Shown: positions 1 to 13,400, numbered from the stretch's first letter. The stretch: 64,000 nt of DNA from Phoronis australis (GCA_002633005.1 NMRA01000515.1:1-64000), one strand, 5' to 3'. Notes: generated from the letters alone by a model not told the origin. A program made the numbers and translations.

Positions 1-108
1 CACTATAATAACACTATGAACCCAATGGAGCTCAACTGTTGTATTGTTCCTAATTATGCATGATAACACTATAATAACACTATGAACCCAATGGAGCTCA
101 ACTGTTGC
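1..108. repeat. 66-bp minisatellite (partial; same unit as 58856-59123)
   Basis: cactataataacactatgaacccaatggagctcaactgttg occurs at 1 and 67. Confidence 0.9.
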
Positions 109-251
109 TTTGTCCATGGCAGTACATTAACTGCCTCCAATTTGATTTGTTTTACTTTGGTTTGGTCCAGTTTGTTTTCTAGGTGTTGATTATGAAGCTT
201 TTATTTTATTTAAGAAATCACCAACATTGAGTCTGATGTACTATTTTGTAG

Positions 252-510
252 TTCTACACTCATATGTGCTTGGGGTGAAGACGGTGCTGCTGCTAAATCC
301 ACTGGGTCTCAGACTATAGTTGTACCTGCCTACCCTCCGAAGTGTGTGGTTGATACCCTTGGAGCTGGTGATACATTTGTGGCTGCAACCATATTTGCAC
401 TGAGTAGGGGTGATGGGTTGAAAGATGCTATTGATTTTGGCTGTAAAGTTGCTGGGGCTAAGGTGGGCATGAGAGGCTTTGAAGGACTTAGAGATTTTGT
501 TGGTAGTTAG
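252..510 (+). CDS. KHK: Ketohexokinase terminal coding exon, duplicate copy (upstream exons would lie before the window)
   Basis: After tttgtag the exon reads [85 protein letters not shown], with the PfkB/ribokinase DTLGAGD signature. By eye it is identical to 59266-59524. Confidence 0.85.
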
Positions 511-690
511 TAAAGGATAAAATGTGATCTTCTTAAAAATATGATCCTCTTACAATATGTTGCTAAGGGTCTTAAATTATTTGGTAATGAACATAATTTG
601 TGACTTAACTATAGATTGTTATAAGTTAAATTCAAAATCTACAGATTTTCTACTTTCAGAAAACTTCATATCATACCTTCATAGATATTT

Positions 691-844
691 GGCACAATGC
701 GCAGACATGTCAATAAGGTCCTATATAACCTTAATAATTTGGCTCAATCCACAGACATGTCAATAAGGTCCTATATAACCTTAATAATTTGGCACAATGC
801 GCAGACATGTCAATAAGGTCCTATATAACCTTAATAATTTGGCA
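691..844. repeat. 50-bp tandem repeat x3 in the KHK 3' UTR (copy 1)
   Basis: ggcacaatgcgcagacatgtcaataaggtcctatataaccttaataattt at 691, 741 (variant) and 791. Confidence 0.95.
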
Positions 845-1814
845 AGCGAACCCAGATGTGTTAGGTCACCTCAGTTGCATGAAGACGCGCCAGTGTATCA
901 CTGAGTTAACATCGGGCGTTTGAAAGGCTGTGGATGAGAAAGGTTTTAATTGTAAAAAAAAACGGTTGGGTGAAATTGATGTTGGTAGTATTTGAAATTG
1001 CATATGCTTTCTAGACAACGCCCTTATATATACAATATGTTAGTTAATCGTGTCTTCAGCCGCGCAGCACTGTACTAGTCGACGCATTCCCATCGTTTGC
1101 CGCAGAAGGCCTAAACATGTAGAACGACAGCGCTTCTTCAACAATTCAGACGACTACCAGGACGACAAATGGGATCACAAGTCGATGAGAAACTACTCGT
1201 TTTATTATCATGATTGTCTTTGTTATCTATTTTGGGTAATTGCTCAATCGAAGTTTTCATGTTGAAACTGAGCTTTCAGTTAATATGGAAATAAATGTGT
1301 CAGAGTTAACTTGCGTTTCGGTTTGTAACCAGCAGACAATGAATGCATGGATACGTTTAACAAACATAAATATATGCTATGTTCTTGTCATTGTTTGTCA
1401 CTTTCTTCATTGAACTCGTTCCCACATCCATTACTGTTACGTTTAATGCAAAATTCGTTAAAATTGAGAAAGCGCATGTTTTGAAGGTCGGGAACCCTCT
1501 TTGTGCGCCGAATACGCAATTCCAGCATTTTATTGGGAAACCATGCGTTCACAGCGCAAACTCGACATTTTTGTTATTGAGAAAACGCATTTTTACAAAA
1601 GAGAATCGGTTGTCTAACGTTTCATGTGCGTCAACAACGCAAACCAGACCCACTCATTGAAAAGCCCATATTTGTCACCAGGAAGACTCTTCGCAACGCA
1701 GCCCGATATTTCAAGTGGGATAGCGCAGTTTTGAAAAGATTCCGTCACTTGCGGAGAACGGTTTTTGAGCATCGGCAATGCAAGCCGAATATTTCATATT
1801 GAGAAAGCACATCT

Positions 1815-2562
1815 NNNNNNNNNNNNNNNNNNNNNNNNNNNNNNNNNNNNNNNNNNNNNNNNNNNNNNNNNNNNNNNNNNNNNNNNNNNNNNNNNNNNNN
1901 NNNNNNNNNNNNNNNNNNNNNNNNNNNNNNNNNNNNNNNNNNNNNNNNNNNNNNNNNNNNNNNNNNNNNNNNNNNNNNNNNNNNNNNNNNNNNNNNNNNN
2001 NNNNNNNNNNNNNNNNNNNNNNNNNNNNNNNNNNNNNNNNNNNNNNNNNNNNNNNNNNNNNNNNNNNNNNNNNNNNNNNNNNNNNNNNNNNNNNNNNNNN
2101 NNNNNNNNNNNNNNNNNNNNNNNNNNNNNNNNNNNNNNNNNNNNNNNNNNNNNNNNNNNNNNNNNNNNNNNNNNNNNNNNNNNNNNNNNNNNNNNNNNNN
2201 NNNNNNNNNNNNNNNNNNNNNNNNNNNNNNNNNNNNNNNNNNNNNNNNNNNNNNNNNNNNNNNNNNNNNNNNNNNNNNNNNNNNNNNNNNNNNNNNNNNN
2301 NNNNNNNNNNNNNNNNNNNNNNNNNNNNNNNNNNNNNNNNNNNNNNNNNNNNNNNNNNNNNNNNNNNNNNNNNNNNNNNNNNNNNNNNNNNNNNNNNNNN
2401 NNNNNNNNNNNNNNNNNNNNNNNNNNNNNNNNNNNNNNNNNNNNNNNNNNNNNNNNNNNNNNNNNNNNNNNNNNNNNNNNNNNNNNNNNNNNNNNNNNNN
2501 NNNNNNNNNNNNNNNNNNNNNNNNNNNNNNNNNNNNNNNNNNNNNNNNNNNNNNNNNNNNNN
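1815..2562. other. Assembly gap
   Basis: Run of N. Confidence 1.
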
Positions 2563-2710
2563 GGTGAGTAGAGCAAGTAGGTTATGGGTGAGTAGAGCAA
2601 GTAGGTTATGGGTGAGTAGAGCAAGTAGGTTATGGGTGAGTAGAGCAAGTAGGTTATGGGTGAGTAGAGCAAGTAGGTTATGGGTGAGTAGAGCAAGTAG
2701 GTTATGGGTG
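2563..2710. repeat. 24-bp minisatellite, about 6 copies, abutting the gap
   Basis: (ggtgagtagagcaagtaggttatg)n. Confidence 0.95.
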
Positions 2711-2906
2711 CTGAAATGAGAGATTTCTGCTTTGTCAGATATGTGAAGTTTGGAAGTGAATTTTTAGAAAATGAAAGCTTGAATAGAAATAATTTTAGCA
2801 TAGGAGTGGACAGTGAGGATCGATTGAGGTATATATCATCCATGTGTGATCATTTTCGTAGGAGATGTGAAGGATTGAATGAAGGATTGAATAGGGACCC
2901 TGCAAC

Positions 2907-3898
2907 CACAGGCGTCCTCAGCTTCTGATCGTAACCAATACACTACATATAATACCACAAGGTATTACACTCTCGACAAAGAATTCCACGGGTGCTTACT
3001 TCAGTCGTCCATATCAAACACAAAACTTGAAATAAATTTACACAAAACAGGGATTCAACAAACCATTAGCAATTGTTCTTTCTTCTAACACCATTCACAG
3101 TGTCCTGCTCTAGTGAGTTCGCACCAAATTCGCGGTCAAAGCACAAAAATGTTTCCAAAAAGCCCATGCATACTTCGCACTTTGACGGTTCGAGGTCAGT
3201 ATGGAATTATCCAATGAGTTGATTTCGTCAGTTATTAACATCATCGTTATTAATCCTTGTTATACCTGCTCTCGTCATCACCTTTGTCCTCTATTTCGCC
3301 ATCTTATCTGTCACCGTCATGTTATCGTCGTCCATGAGGTGCGTACGATGACGTTAATAATTAACGAAATCGACCAATGACATTGACTGATGAAAAAGGA
3401 ACAGCGCGTGTTGTACCAGATCGCCGATAGATGGCGCTAGGTATAGTAAGTTCCCTGAAATGGCTGCCGATTTGACAATGCGCGTGGCTAAAGTGGACAG
3501 AGTTAGGAATAGTGTAGTTATAGAACGGAGTAATTGAGGGTTGTAAGGATGATATGTACAGTAGCCAGATGTCTGAAGAATGCAACGATATCAAAATCAT
3601 TCATTAAGACCCACATTTAGTGGATTTATTTGGAATAAGTTAGGGTCCATTATATCCGACTAATGCCCTGGAGCTAGACACTGTGAATGGCATTAGAAGA
3701 AAGAACAATTGCTAATGTAGTAATGAGCAATGTAGGCCTATGGTTTGTTGAAACACTGTCTTGTGTAAAGTTATTGAGTTTTGTGTTTGATGTGGACGGC
3801 TGAAGTGAAGCACCCGTGGAATTCTTAGTCGAGAGTGTCATACCTTGTAGAATTACATGTAGTGTATTGGGGACGATCAGAAGCTGAGGACGCCTGTG
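2907..3898. mobile_element. Non-autonomous foldback DNA transposon (MITE) with ~200-bp TIRs and an 8-bp TSD; P- or hAT-like
   Basis: Ends are CACAGGCGTCCTCAGCTTCTGATCGT ... ACGATCAGAAGCTGAGGACGCCTGTG. Arms ~2907-3115 and ~3672-3898 are inverted. Flanks cctgcaac/cctgcaag match 7/8. Confidence 0.85.
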
Positions 3899-4451
3899 CC
3901 TGCAAGTAGACTTTTACCGACCGAGGGCAAGGGCCGTGCCGAGGTCAGTCAAATAACACAAGTACAAGATGACTTGTGTGTCCATTAATTAATAACTGCC
4001 AAAATTAATATGAAAGTGAGACTCACCCAGAGCTTTGTCAAACTGTGAGGATGATCTTCCAAACATCGCGTATTCTGACTTAACTTCTGTTTGTAAACGA
4101 TTCAGCAAATGAGTCAAAGGCAGAAGACCTCAAGTTGTCTACAGTCAGAAATAGCTTACGCTGACGTCATATCCTAAAATCAAAAATGATTAATTTTTTT
4201 TTCATTAGGCCACTTTGCATAATGTGTTCGCTTAAAAATCTGCCAATTTTATAAGAAATATTTCATCAAATAATCCCGAATGAAATTTATTTTCTTTTCA
4301 ATTTATGATTCTTCAATGCGTAAAACCACGAAAATTGCTCACTTACGATAGATGTCGCCGTGGAATTTGGAATTCCCAAACAAAATATAAATAATGGCAT
4401 GATATTTTGTTACAGTTGTGTGTTTGTGGACCCGTCTGTGTCTTTTGTGTC

Positions 4452-7400
4452 ATGTCCAGCCTTGGAGAAAGTATGGCATTGCTTCTCGGAGCACAAGGAG
4501 TTGGAAAGACTTTGCTTTCCAAACGACTTTACTGTATCTTTGAATCGCACAGGATGAAATTTGTTTAGTATAGTATACGTTTTATTGTTTCTGACCATGT
4601 TTAGATTTACGTACTCCTAAATAAAGTCTCTTAAGATGAAAAGTTGGATAAGAACGTAATACTTAATAGAAAATATAGAAGTAGAAGTTAGCTGCTCAGC
4701 CTTTATGGCCAGAGCACAGGCGTCCTCAGCTTCTGATCGTCCCCAATACACCACGTAGTATGGGGACGATCTCAAGGTGAGGACGCCTGTGGGCCAGAGG
4801 CAGTAGTCCGTCTCAACTAGCCCCAGCAAAGAACCATCCCAGGCCATTCGTACGTCGGAAACTTTTCACCAAATTATGCCTCATACTGATTAAACCATCA
4901 AAGTCACATTGTTATAAGTACCTTTTATGCATTGAAGAACACTTTAGGAGGCTGTTGACGTCTTTACTCTTCTCAGCTCGGACAAATACTTTTTTAACAG
5001 TCCAATTAAATCAACAACTTGCCATTTTTGCATTGCACGCGTCAGGACTCAGGGGATATAATGTTTGACATGCTTGCTAACCTCCAATTTAGGTGCGGGT
5101 TTCCTAACTTATCATCGTTTTTAGCAATTCCCATGACTAACATGACTTATGAAATCCTCTCAATGTTTTCAAAATCATTTCTAGCTAATTAAACCACCTT
5201 TATCAGAAATGAGATCCTAGTCATCTGTGTTGTTTTAGTCATTTAAACTTTCTCTTGGTTTAGCCAGGAATCGAACCAGAGACCCCTGAACCGGAGTCTA
5301 GTTTCCAAACTGTTCGAGGTAATTGCCCATTGCCATTGGCAAGTAATTTATATAGGCCCTTATAGCACAACATACTGTGTCACAACTAGCATGGCACATA
5401 TTACTCAAAACACCTGATTTTAAACTCACAAGAACCATTTTTTGTGTACATAGTCATCAGGCTCTTCCTGAGAGAGGTCACATTCCTTTGGTATTATTGA
5501 TGCTTAGCATTTCATTCAAATTATTATGGCATCCACATCCAGTACTGATTTTGCTTGTCTGGTCATGTTACATAACCCTCTACCCAGCAATGTATTTGAC
5601 TTATATTAGGGTTAAGGATGATGGTTCTTCACAGTTTTCCTTAGCATTTTTAAAAATTTAATGAATAGCTTCAAGTAAACACAGTGAAGCACAATTATCC
5701 TTGATAATGTACAAATACCATGACTGAATCGTTGATTTTGCAGACAGTTACTGTTTAGACTATATTAATCGGATGTTTTTTGAAACTTGTGCTCAGGATA
5801 TCCCTTACTCTCATCTATGTTGTGAGGACATTTTATCTTCTTGTGCTGTTATGGATTTGAACTGTGGTTGGAAGCTGGTGTTGAAAAATCAGACTGAAAT
5901 AATTAATTGATTTTGCTATGAATCATTCACAGGTTTCTGTCATCTGAGTCTAGTGTCTTAACGGTTGGGTATATTTCGCTATTTTTAATTTTAAGTTCTG
6001 CCTTAAAAGTGGCTAAATATAAATGCAAGTTCTAGAGCGATTGTTCAGTCATTAAATTTAATGCCAACGATGTCTGTTGTTTAAAATAGCTGAGCTCCCT
6101 GATCAGTTTCACAATTTTGAGGCAAGGGGCATTAACCCATACGAATGGGTTTTGTCATGAAGATTTGTCTGTTTACATGCAAATCACATTGACGTTACAA
6201 AGCTCCATAACATGAAATTGCCATCACCTGTAGTCATATGTTTTTTTTAAATCAGTCTCAAGCTGGGATAGATCAATCTACCCGGTACTTTATTTTTTCT
6301 CAGTGATCTTCATGGTGTCACCTATGTTTTGTAACTGCAGAAATTGGCCTTTTAAAATAATTTCACTTTTATTGCAAATTGGTGTTAGTCATGGTTCTTT
6401 AATAAACCTGCATTCTGTCACAAAAACTAACTTGATTCAGACAATTTACTATACATGTTCAGGCCATTTACTATACATGTTCAGGCCACTTACTGTCTCA
6501 AGACTGGTCTCAACTTAGAAATGATTTTTGGGCTTGAAATAGGACTGACTGTTTGTTTTTCTCTTTGTGGATTTTGATTTTCACTCTGAAGCAGTGTGAT
6601 TTAAATTGGAAGTCTTTGATACAGAGTCGACCAACCTCCTAGAAATTTATTCTCACAACTATGTCTGGTCCTTAACTAACCCTCAGCATGTTCATCTAAA
6701 GGCTCCTTTACACAGCTTGATGAGCCACCTGCTACTATACCAACTGTAAGTTGACCAATTCTGTACACTAGTAAATTTTGTGTGTTACGTACATTGGAAA
6801 ATTTAAGCTTTGCAGTCAGGGATCTCTAATAAGTGAGTGAAACATACGCCATTTCTAGATTGAATAGTATGATTTTTTTGTCTTGAAAAAAGAGCCCATC
6901 TCATGCACAAGGTGGTATTATTTTATCGTATTTTTAATTTTCTGATGATGTATTTGAACTAAACCATATTTTGTGAAGCATGATGCTCAGAGTCATTAGC
7001 TAATATTTATGAATGCTATATCATTGGGAAATACAATTACTGCTTTCATTAGGGATAACCAGGTGTTTGTAAAAATGCATTTCATCCTGTTTAACTGTCT
7101 AAAAACAATAATCAAATTAGGCCGTTTAAGCTATTAAAATTGATCTTGTAATATTTCTTACTGTTATAAAATTCCATTTATATTTCAAGACACAGGCAAT
7201 GTGCACATGAGCCATTTCCGATTTCACAATTGTTGGCTCAACCCAATAAACTCTGAAGCGTGTTTTGAGTTGCTGATGGTTCTGATGTTCTTTTTGGAAA
7301 AAGAAACGGAATCCTATTGCTTAAATGAGTATTACAAGACCATATTTATAAGAGTAAAGGTCGTAATTCATTTTTTTTGCCAGCTAAACAGGGCAAAATG

Positions 7401-10400
7401 CAACTTTAAATCATTTTGTATTATTTTGTGGTCACAACTTGTATTCTGGGCACATTTGAAGTGATACACCTGTGACACATTTGTCTAGAATTGATAGTTT
7501 TTATGTGTTGAGTTAGCATTGTGCTTCATTATACTGTTGTTGACTGGAATAAGAGGATTGACTGCAGCTTGATACACTTACATTCTGTAATTGAATGTAT
7601 TGTCTGTTCTCTAGCACCCTTTACTCTCAATATCTTGTATAAATGTTTGTTTTCGTTAATACACAACTTTACTTAAAACTGGGTGCTACCCTTTTCAAGT
7701 GTTTTTGGTAAATTTGGCTGGGTTTACTTGCTCTTAGAGATATCTTGTACCTATAAAACAAAATTCATAAAAACAATGGGGAGTTGTGACACATTGAGCT
7801 AGTTGCACAGTGCAAAACATGAAATGCAGAAAGAGGTCATCTAACAATCGTTGTGAACGAAATTTGCGTCAGAGAGGAACTACTGCTGAAAAAAGTGCTA
7901 AAATTGTGTCAGCTGTTTCATTATCGTATTTTATTTCTTGATTCTGGTATCATTGCTCAAGTCAAATGGCAAATTCTTAATATATACTAAAGCTGAATGC
8001 ATCAAAAACATCTTCAAAAAGATCACATTCCCTTTAAGTATAGTGCTGGTTACTGACTTCTCTCAAATTATTTTTATGCGCCCACATATTTATATGTGGA
8101 CGCGTTATGCCGTCATCTGTGTCCGTCCGTACGTCCGGGCGGCGTCCAGCGTCCGCTGCTCTACAAAACGGATTGACGTATGTTCATGAAATTTTGCACA
8201 TGTATTCCTTTCATGGATGGGACTGCATGAGCGAACTTTCGGATGGATCCGATTACTGGTGTGCCCCCTAGTGGCAATTTTATTTTTTTACGTTTACCTC
8301 TGTATCTTCAAAGGTCCTCAAGTTATTTTCATAAAATTTGGTATATAGGCATCTATTAGTGAGATGACGGTATCCTCCCATTTTCGAATGGATTCGACGT
8401 AGTTTGCGCCATCTAGTGGCCATTTTTACTGTTTTCGAGTCTGTTTTTTATGTCCACTCCTCTATCAACCAAACCTCTTTAAGCATGATTGTGAAAATTG
8501 GCATGTATGTTCGTACTATCAAGGAGACGGTTGACGATGATCTTCCGATGATTTTGAGTACTGTGGCGCCTCCTAGTAGCAGTTTTTTTTGGCGCCTATG
8601 GATATATCTCCTAAACTGTTTGCAGCATCTTCACTAAATTTAGTTAGTGCGTTTATATGATGTTGACAATGGATGACGACGACTTTCGAACAGATCTGAC
8701 AACTGGTGTGCCACCTAGTGGCAGTTTTATTTTTTTTACATTTACCTCTGTATCTTCAAAGGTCCTCAACATAATTTCATAATGTTTTGTATACAGGCTT
8801 CTGTTAGTGAGTTGACGCTATCTTCCTGTTTTCAGATGGATTCGACCGAGATTGCGCCACCCAGTGGCCATTTTTACTGTTTTCGAGTCTGTTTTTTGGC
8901 ATCCACCCTCTATCAATCAAACCGCTTTCAGGATAATTGTGAAAATTGGCATGTATGTTTTTACTATAATGTAGATGGCTGAGGATGATTTTCTGATGAC
9001 TTCCACTACTGTGGCACCTCCTAGTGGCAGTTTCTTTTTTGCGCCCATGGCTGTATCTCCTAAACTATTTGCAGGGTCTTTAAGTGTTTATATAATGTTG
9101 ACAAAGGACGACGACGATTTTGGGATGGATCTGACTACTGGTTTCCCCCCTGGTGGCAATTTTAATTTTACGTTTTCCTCGGTATCTTTAAAGGTCCTCA
9201 ACAGATTTTCATAAAATTTTGAATACAGGCATCTATTGGTGAGATGACGCTATCCTCCCATTTTCGGATGAAATCAAGGCACCTTGCGCCAGCTAGTGGC
9301 CATTTTTGCTGTTTTTGAGTCTGTTTGTTGGCATCTACCTCTCTATCAACCAAATCATTTTAAGGATGGTTTTAAAAATTGGCATATATGTGCTCAGTGT
9401 GAATAGGACGGTTGATGATGAAGACTTGGACTACTCTGGCACCACCTAGTGGTAGTTTTGTTTTGTTTTGCGTCCACAGCTGTATCTCCTAAACCCACAG
9501 CAGGATCTTTATTAAATTTTGTAAATGTATTTATATTAAGCTAACAACAGACAATGACAACTTTCAGGCGGATCCAATGAACACTGTGCCCCCTAGTGGC
9601 AATTTCATTTTATTCTGTTTTCCTTTGTTTCTCTGAAGTTCTGTGACGGATTTGTATGAAATTTGGTGTATCGCTATCTATTAAAGAAGCAATGACATGT
9701 TCCCATTTTTGGATGGATTGTTTGTTTTTGTGCCATCTAGTGGCCATTTTTATGACACAAATAAGCAACCCTAAAAGCTCACCATTTGCGATGCATTCGT
9801 GGGTGCATTTCAACGCTCCGCGTTGCTCTTGTTGTAGGTGGGAACAAATCTGGTGAATATCACTCTACTTAAAAAACAAGAGTTGACTATTAGGGAAGTT
9901 GGTGGATGTATGGGTCCTATTTGGTCCAAGTACTTTGGCGGGAGTTCAGCAATCATTGTAAGTGTTTGAGTTCTTGTAGTAAAGTAACATAACTTTTGTG
10001 AATGTACACATTTGATCAATATACTATACTGAGCTCAGCCATCATTCTAATGGTCTCCCGTTTGGTATCAAAATATAACCTTAGAGTGGGTGCTAAGAGA
10101 TTCACAATGATAGCATGGGCACTTAGGTGTTCTATTTCCAGGGTTCTCCCTGACCAAAATTTCCAAATGTGCTAATTCTACGTCATGTTTTTATGTTTTT
10201 AATCTCCTTTCTGCTACGATAATTCTCAAAAATATAACTATTGCTTACATATTAGTTTCACTCTGTGAGCATATCATTATTATCTGCACCACAAAATAAT
10301 AGAAACAAGTATCAATATGCAACAGTGTTTCAATCACTTGTTTTGTGAGGCAGAAGCGAATGGTTTTTCAAACATGACTCAAATGAGATTTCCACTACAG

Positions 10401-13400
10401 TGCAGTACCATGTTGGAATTGATATAGGGAGAACACTAAGTTCATATTGTAAATGAAGCAAGAATATTGGTTTGTTTTATGTTTATGTATTAATGTGTAA
10501 TATGTTATGCATATAATTATGTGTATACTGCAAAATCTCACCAATTTAGGATAATGTAACAAAAAATGATTTTTTTCTCATTTTTCTTAAACAATAAGTT
10601 GCCAAGCCCCAAAGTAATATTTTTGCCATTTTCAAGTTCTGTAATGTAGCTATGGGAATCCTTCACCTATTTTGCTTACAAAAATATTTAAGAAATTGTC
10701 ATATTTCTATTTTTCAGTGTTTGATTACAGTGCTTCAAATAATGTAAACTTAACCAAATGTTGTTTTATGACATCAACACAGTAAAAACAAAGCTGATAA
10801 GAGAGCAAAATATTTTCATTCTTATTTTTGCTTGAGAAATTTGTCAAAATGACATTTCATCTCTGCCATCTTGTGTTACAGTACCATCACACGATTAATT
10901 GTCAGAAGAAGATGGATGGGTGTACATCAAAAACTGATTTGAAAATAACAAAAATGGCCACAAGGTGGTGCAGAATAGGTCAAGTCCATCTGCAAATGGG
11001 TGCGCTTTTGTCTTCTCCTATTTGCCAAATTTCATGAAAATCTACCAAGAAACTGTAAAGGCAAACGTAAAAACCTAAAATTGTCTCTGGGGACTCAACT
11101 GTAGTTTGATTCATCCAAGACTGTTCATCATCAGTGATCATATCCATAGGAAGACAGTTGCCAAATTGCACAAAGATTCTGCCTTGAGTTAAGGAGGTTC
11201 AGCTGCAGACATAAAATGCCATTATGCGGCAACACAGTTATTGAACCCATTATGAAAATCAGTGTCAGCTGTGACTTTCTTTATAGAAACAAAACTCCCA
11301 TTTTTTATTATGATCCTTCAAGTGGTTTGGCAGATAGAGAAGTAACGCCAAAAACAGACTTGAAAATAACAAAAATGACGACAAAGTGGAGCAGGATACA
11401 TAATATGCTTTATCCCGTGTTCTGTTCAATAAAAGCCTGTGTATTTACAAAGTGGAGCAGGATACATAGTATGCTTTATCCCATGTTCTGTTCAATAAAA
11501 GCCTGTGTATTTACAAATTTTGTGAGAATCTGTCCAGGACATGCCGTGAATAGTACGCTTACGCGAAAGTCACGCATTTCTAAAGTTATTTGTGACTTTT
11601 CACCTCTCGTCCTTCTGGGAGGCTTTTACCAGGATCAAAGAGAGCGCGGTGCCAGAGTCGGACTCAGTTGCGATTACCTCATTGTCCGGTGTGCGCAAGA
11701 CCCATTAAGTGTAATTACCCGATCATAGACTGTAGTAAACATCTCTGCCTGTACATTCGGGCAAATTTCAAAATGCATTAACCAACAGTTTTCATTAAAA
11801 ATAAATACCACAGTTGTATTCAGATGGAAAAAAACAATCACGGCAAGTTTGGTTTTGGATTTTTAAAAATCGATGAACTATTAAGCTAAAAACTACAAAC
11901 ATTGGGTACGATTGAAGATAAACAACTTTGTGTATTGATGTACTCAGTGATTTACAAATGCTGATCGGAGTTTACAATATCATGTGGATTATTCTTTTAA
12001 TATACAACTGAGCTACATTGAAACATTTGTAAACAACACACAGTGACTAAATTAGATGTCAATGACTTTTTATGGCCCGGTGCATGCCAAACTACTTTAT
12101 TCCAGGAGTAGTACTCTAACCGGAAAACTGCAATTGGCAGAAATATGACAATTTCGATAGTTAGCTTGTAGTTGTAATGGAACACCTGTGAAGACAACTA
12201 AGATGGCTAGCTTTGTAGTCAACGAGAGAATGCAAGCAGTGGATGAGGTTGGTCGGTGGGCAAGAGCTGTGATTTCATTTTTTATGACTGAGGAAAAGTT
12301 AGAATAGTTATGTACTTACTGCAACCAAAATTGCCAAGAGGTTCCAAATCTTCAGTTTGGCTATCACCATATTTGCACTTTTGTATATATTTTATAATTT
12401 GAGTTCCATTAAAAATTGAAATTATTGAACTAATGGCACGTGTAGTTTTGTTTGCTGTGACATGTTTGGTTTAGCTGTAATCTGGAAAATTTAGGGAATG
12501 GTTCACAATTAACTGACTTTTAAGTTGTTCTGATAGTTCATTTCACCACAAAACACAAAGATAGCAACCCTAACTGGTTAGAGAAAAACAAGTAGACAGG
12601 AGTATTAAAATAAAGTAATGAAAACAGGTATGAAACATATTTAAAACCAACGTTCCTTTGGGAAGTGGCCCTTTGTCAAGATCAATGCAAATTAACTTTT
12701 TAGTCTTTTTGTAACATTTAAAATGTACCAAGTTAAAACTGCTCTCCACATTGCATGCTTTAACAAATGCCAGAGAAAAACAATTTGGATGTAATAATGA
12801 CCACCATTATTAAGAAAGTAGTGCTAGCTATTACCTTTCCCCTTCATTAGCCTAGATCTACATCAATACAAAGGGCGTGCTGAATAGGCATCATAAAAGT
12901 TGTCTGGGGCTTAGGGAATCGGGTCGATGACCAGTGTAAGCAAGAAATTCTCCACATGAACTCAAAAGATATAGAGGCAAATGTAAAAATTGAAACTTGA
13001 GGGCACAGCAGTTGTCAAAACACTCCAAAGGTCATCAGCAATATTAGCTTCATAGGAATATATCTGCCAAATTTTAAGAAGATCCTACAAGGGGTTTAGG
13101 AGATACACTAATGAATGACAGGTGCCTGAATGCTCAGGCATAAATGATAGCAATATGCACCCACACATGTACATGTGCAGTCATAAAAATATTAGTCTGA
13201 TATTAAGTTGCTAAACCATAGCTGTAACACTTGCATGAAATTTTACAAAACATTAAATATTAGAAATTTTGCAATATAATGAATCTGCAAATAATCTTGA
13301 CATGACCTTTGCTGTGTTCCTCTTCAGTATGTGGTTGATTTGTCCAATCGCCACCAGGTGTCAGCTAGCTGCATCCAGTTGTTGACGGTGTTAAGTGATG

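Noticed and set aside
1765-2843. Long ORFs spanning the first gap
   Set aside because: Artefacts of N runs and the 24-bp repeat.
11216-11728. 170-aa ORF in an ARL16 intron
   Set aside because: It is made of repeat fragments and a 63-bp duplication, with no recognisable domain.
12640-12690. Penelope-type hammerhead ribozyme remnant
   Set aside because: The CUGANGA and GAAA core is not intact.
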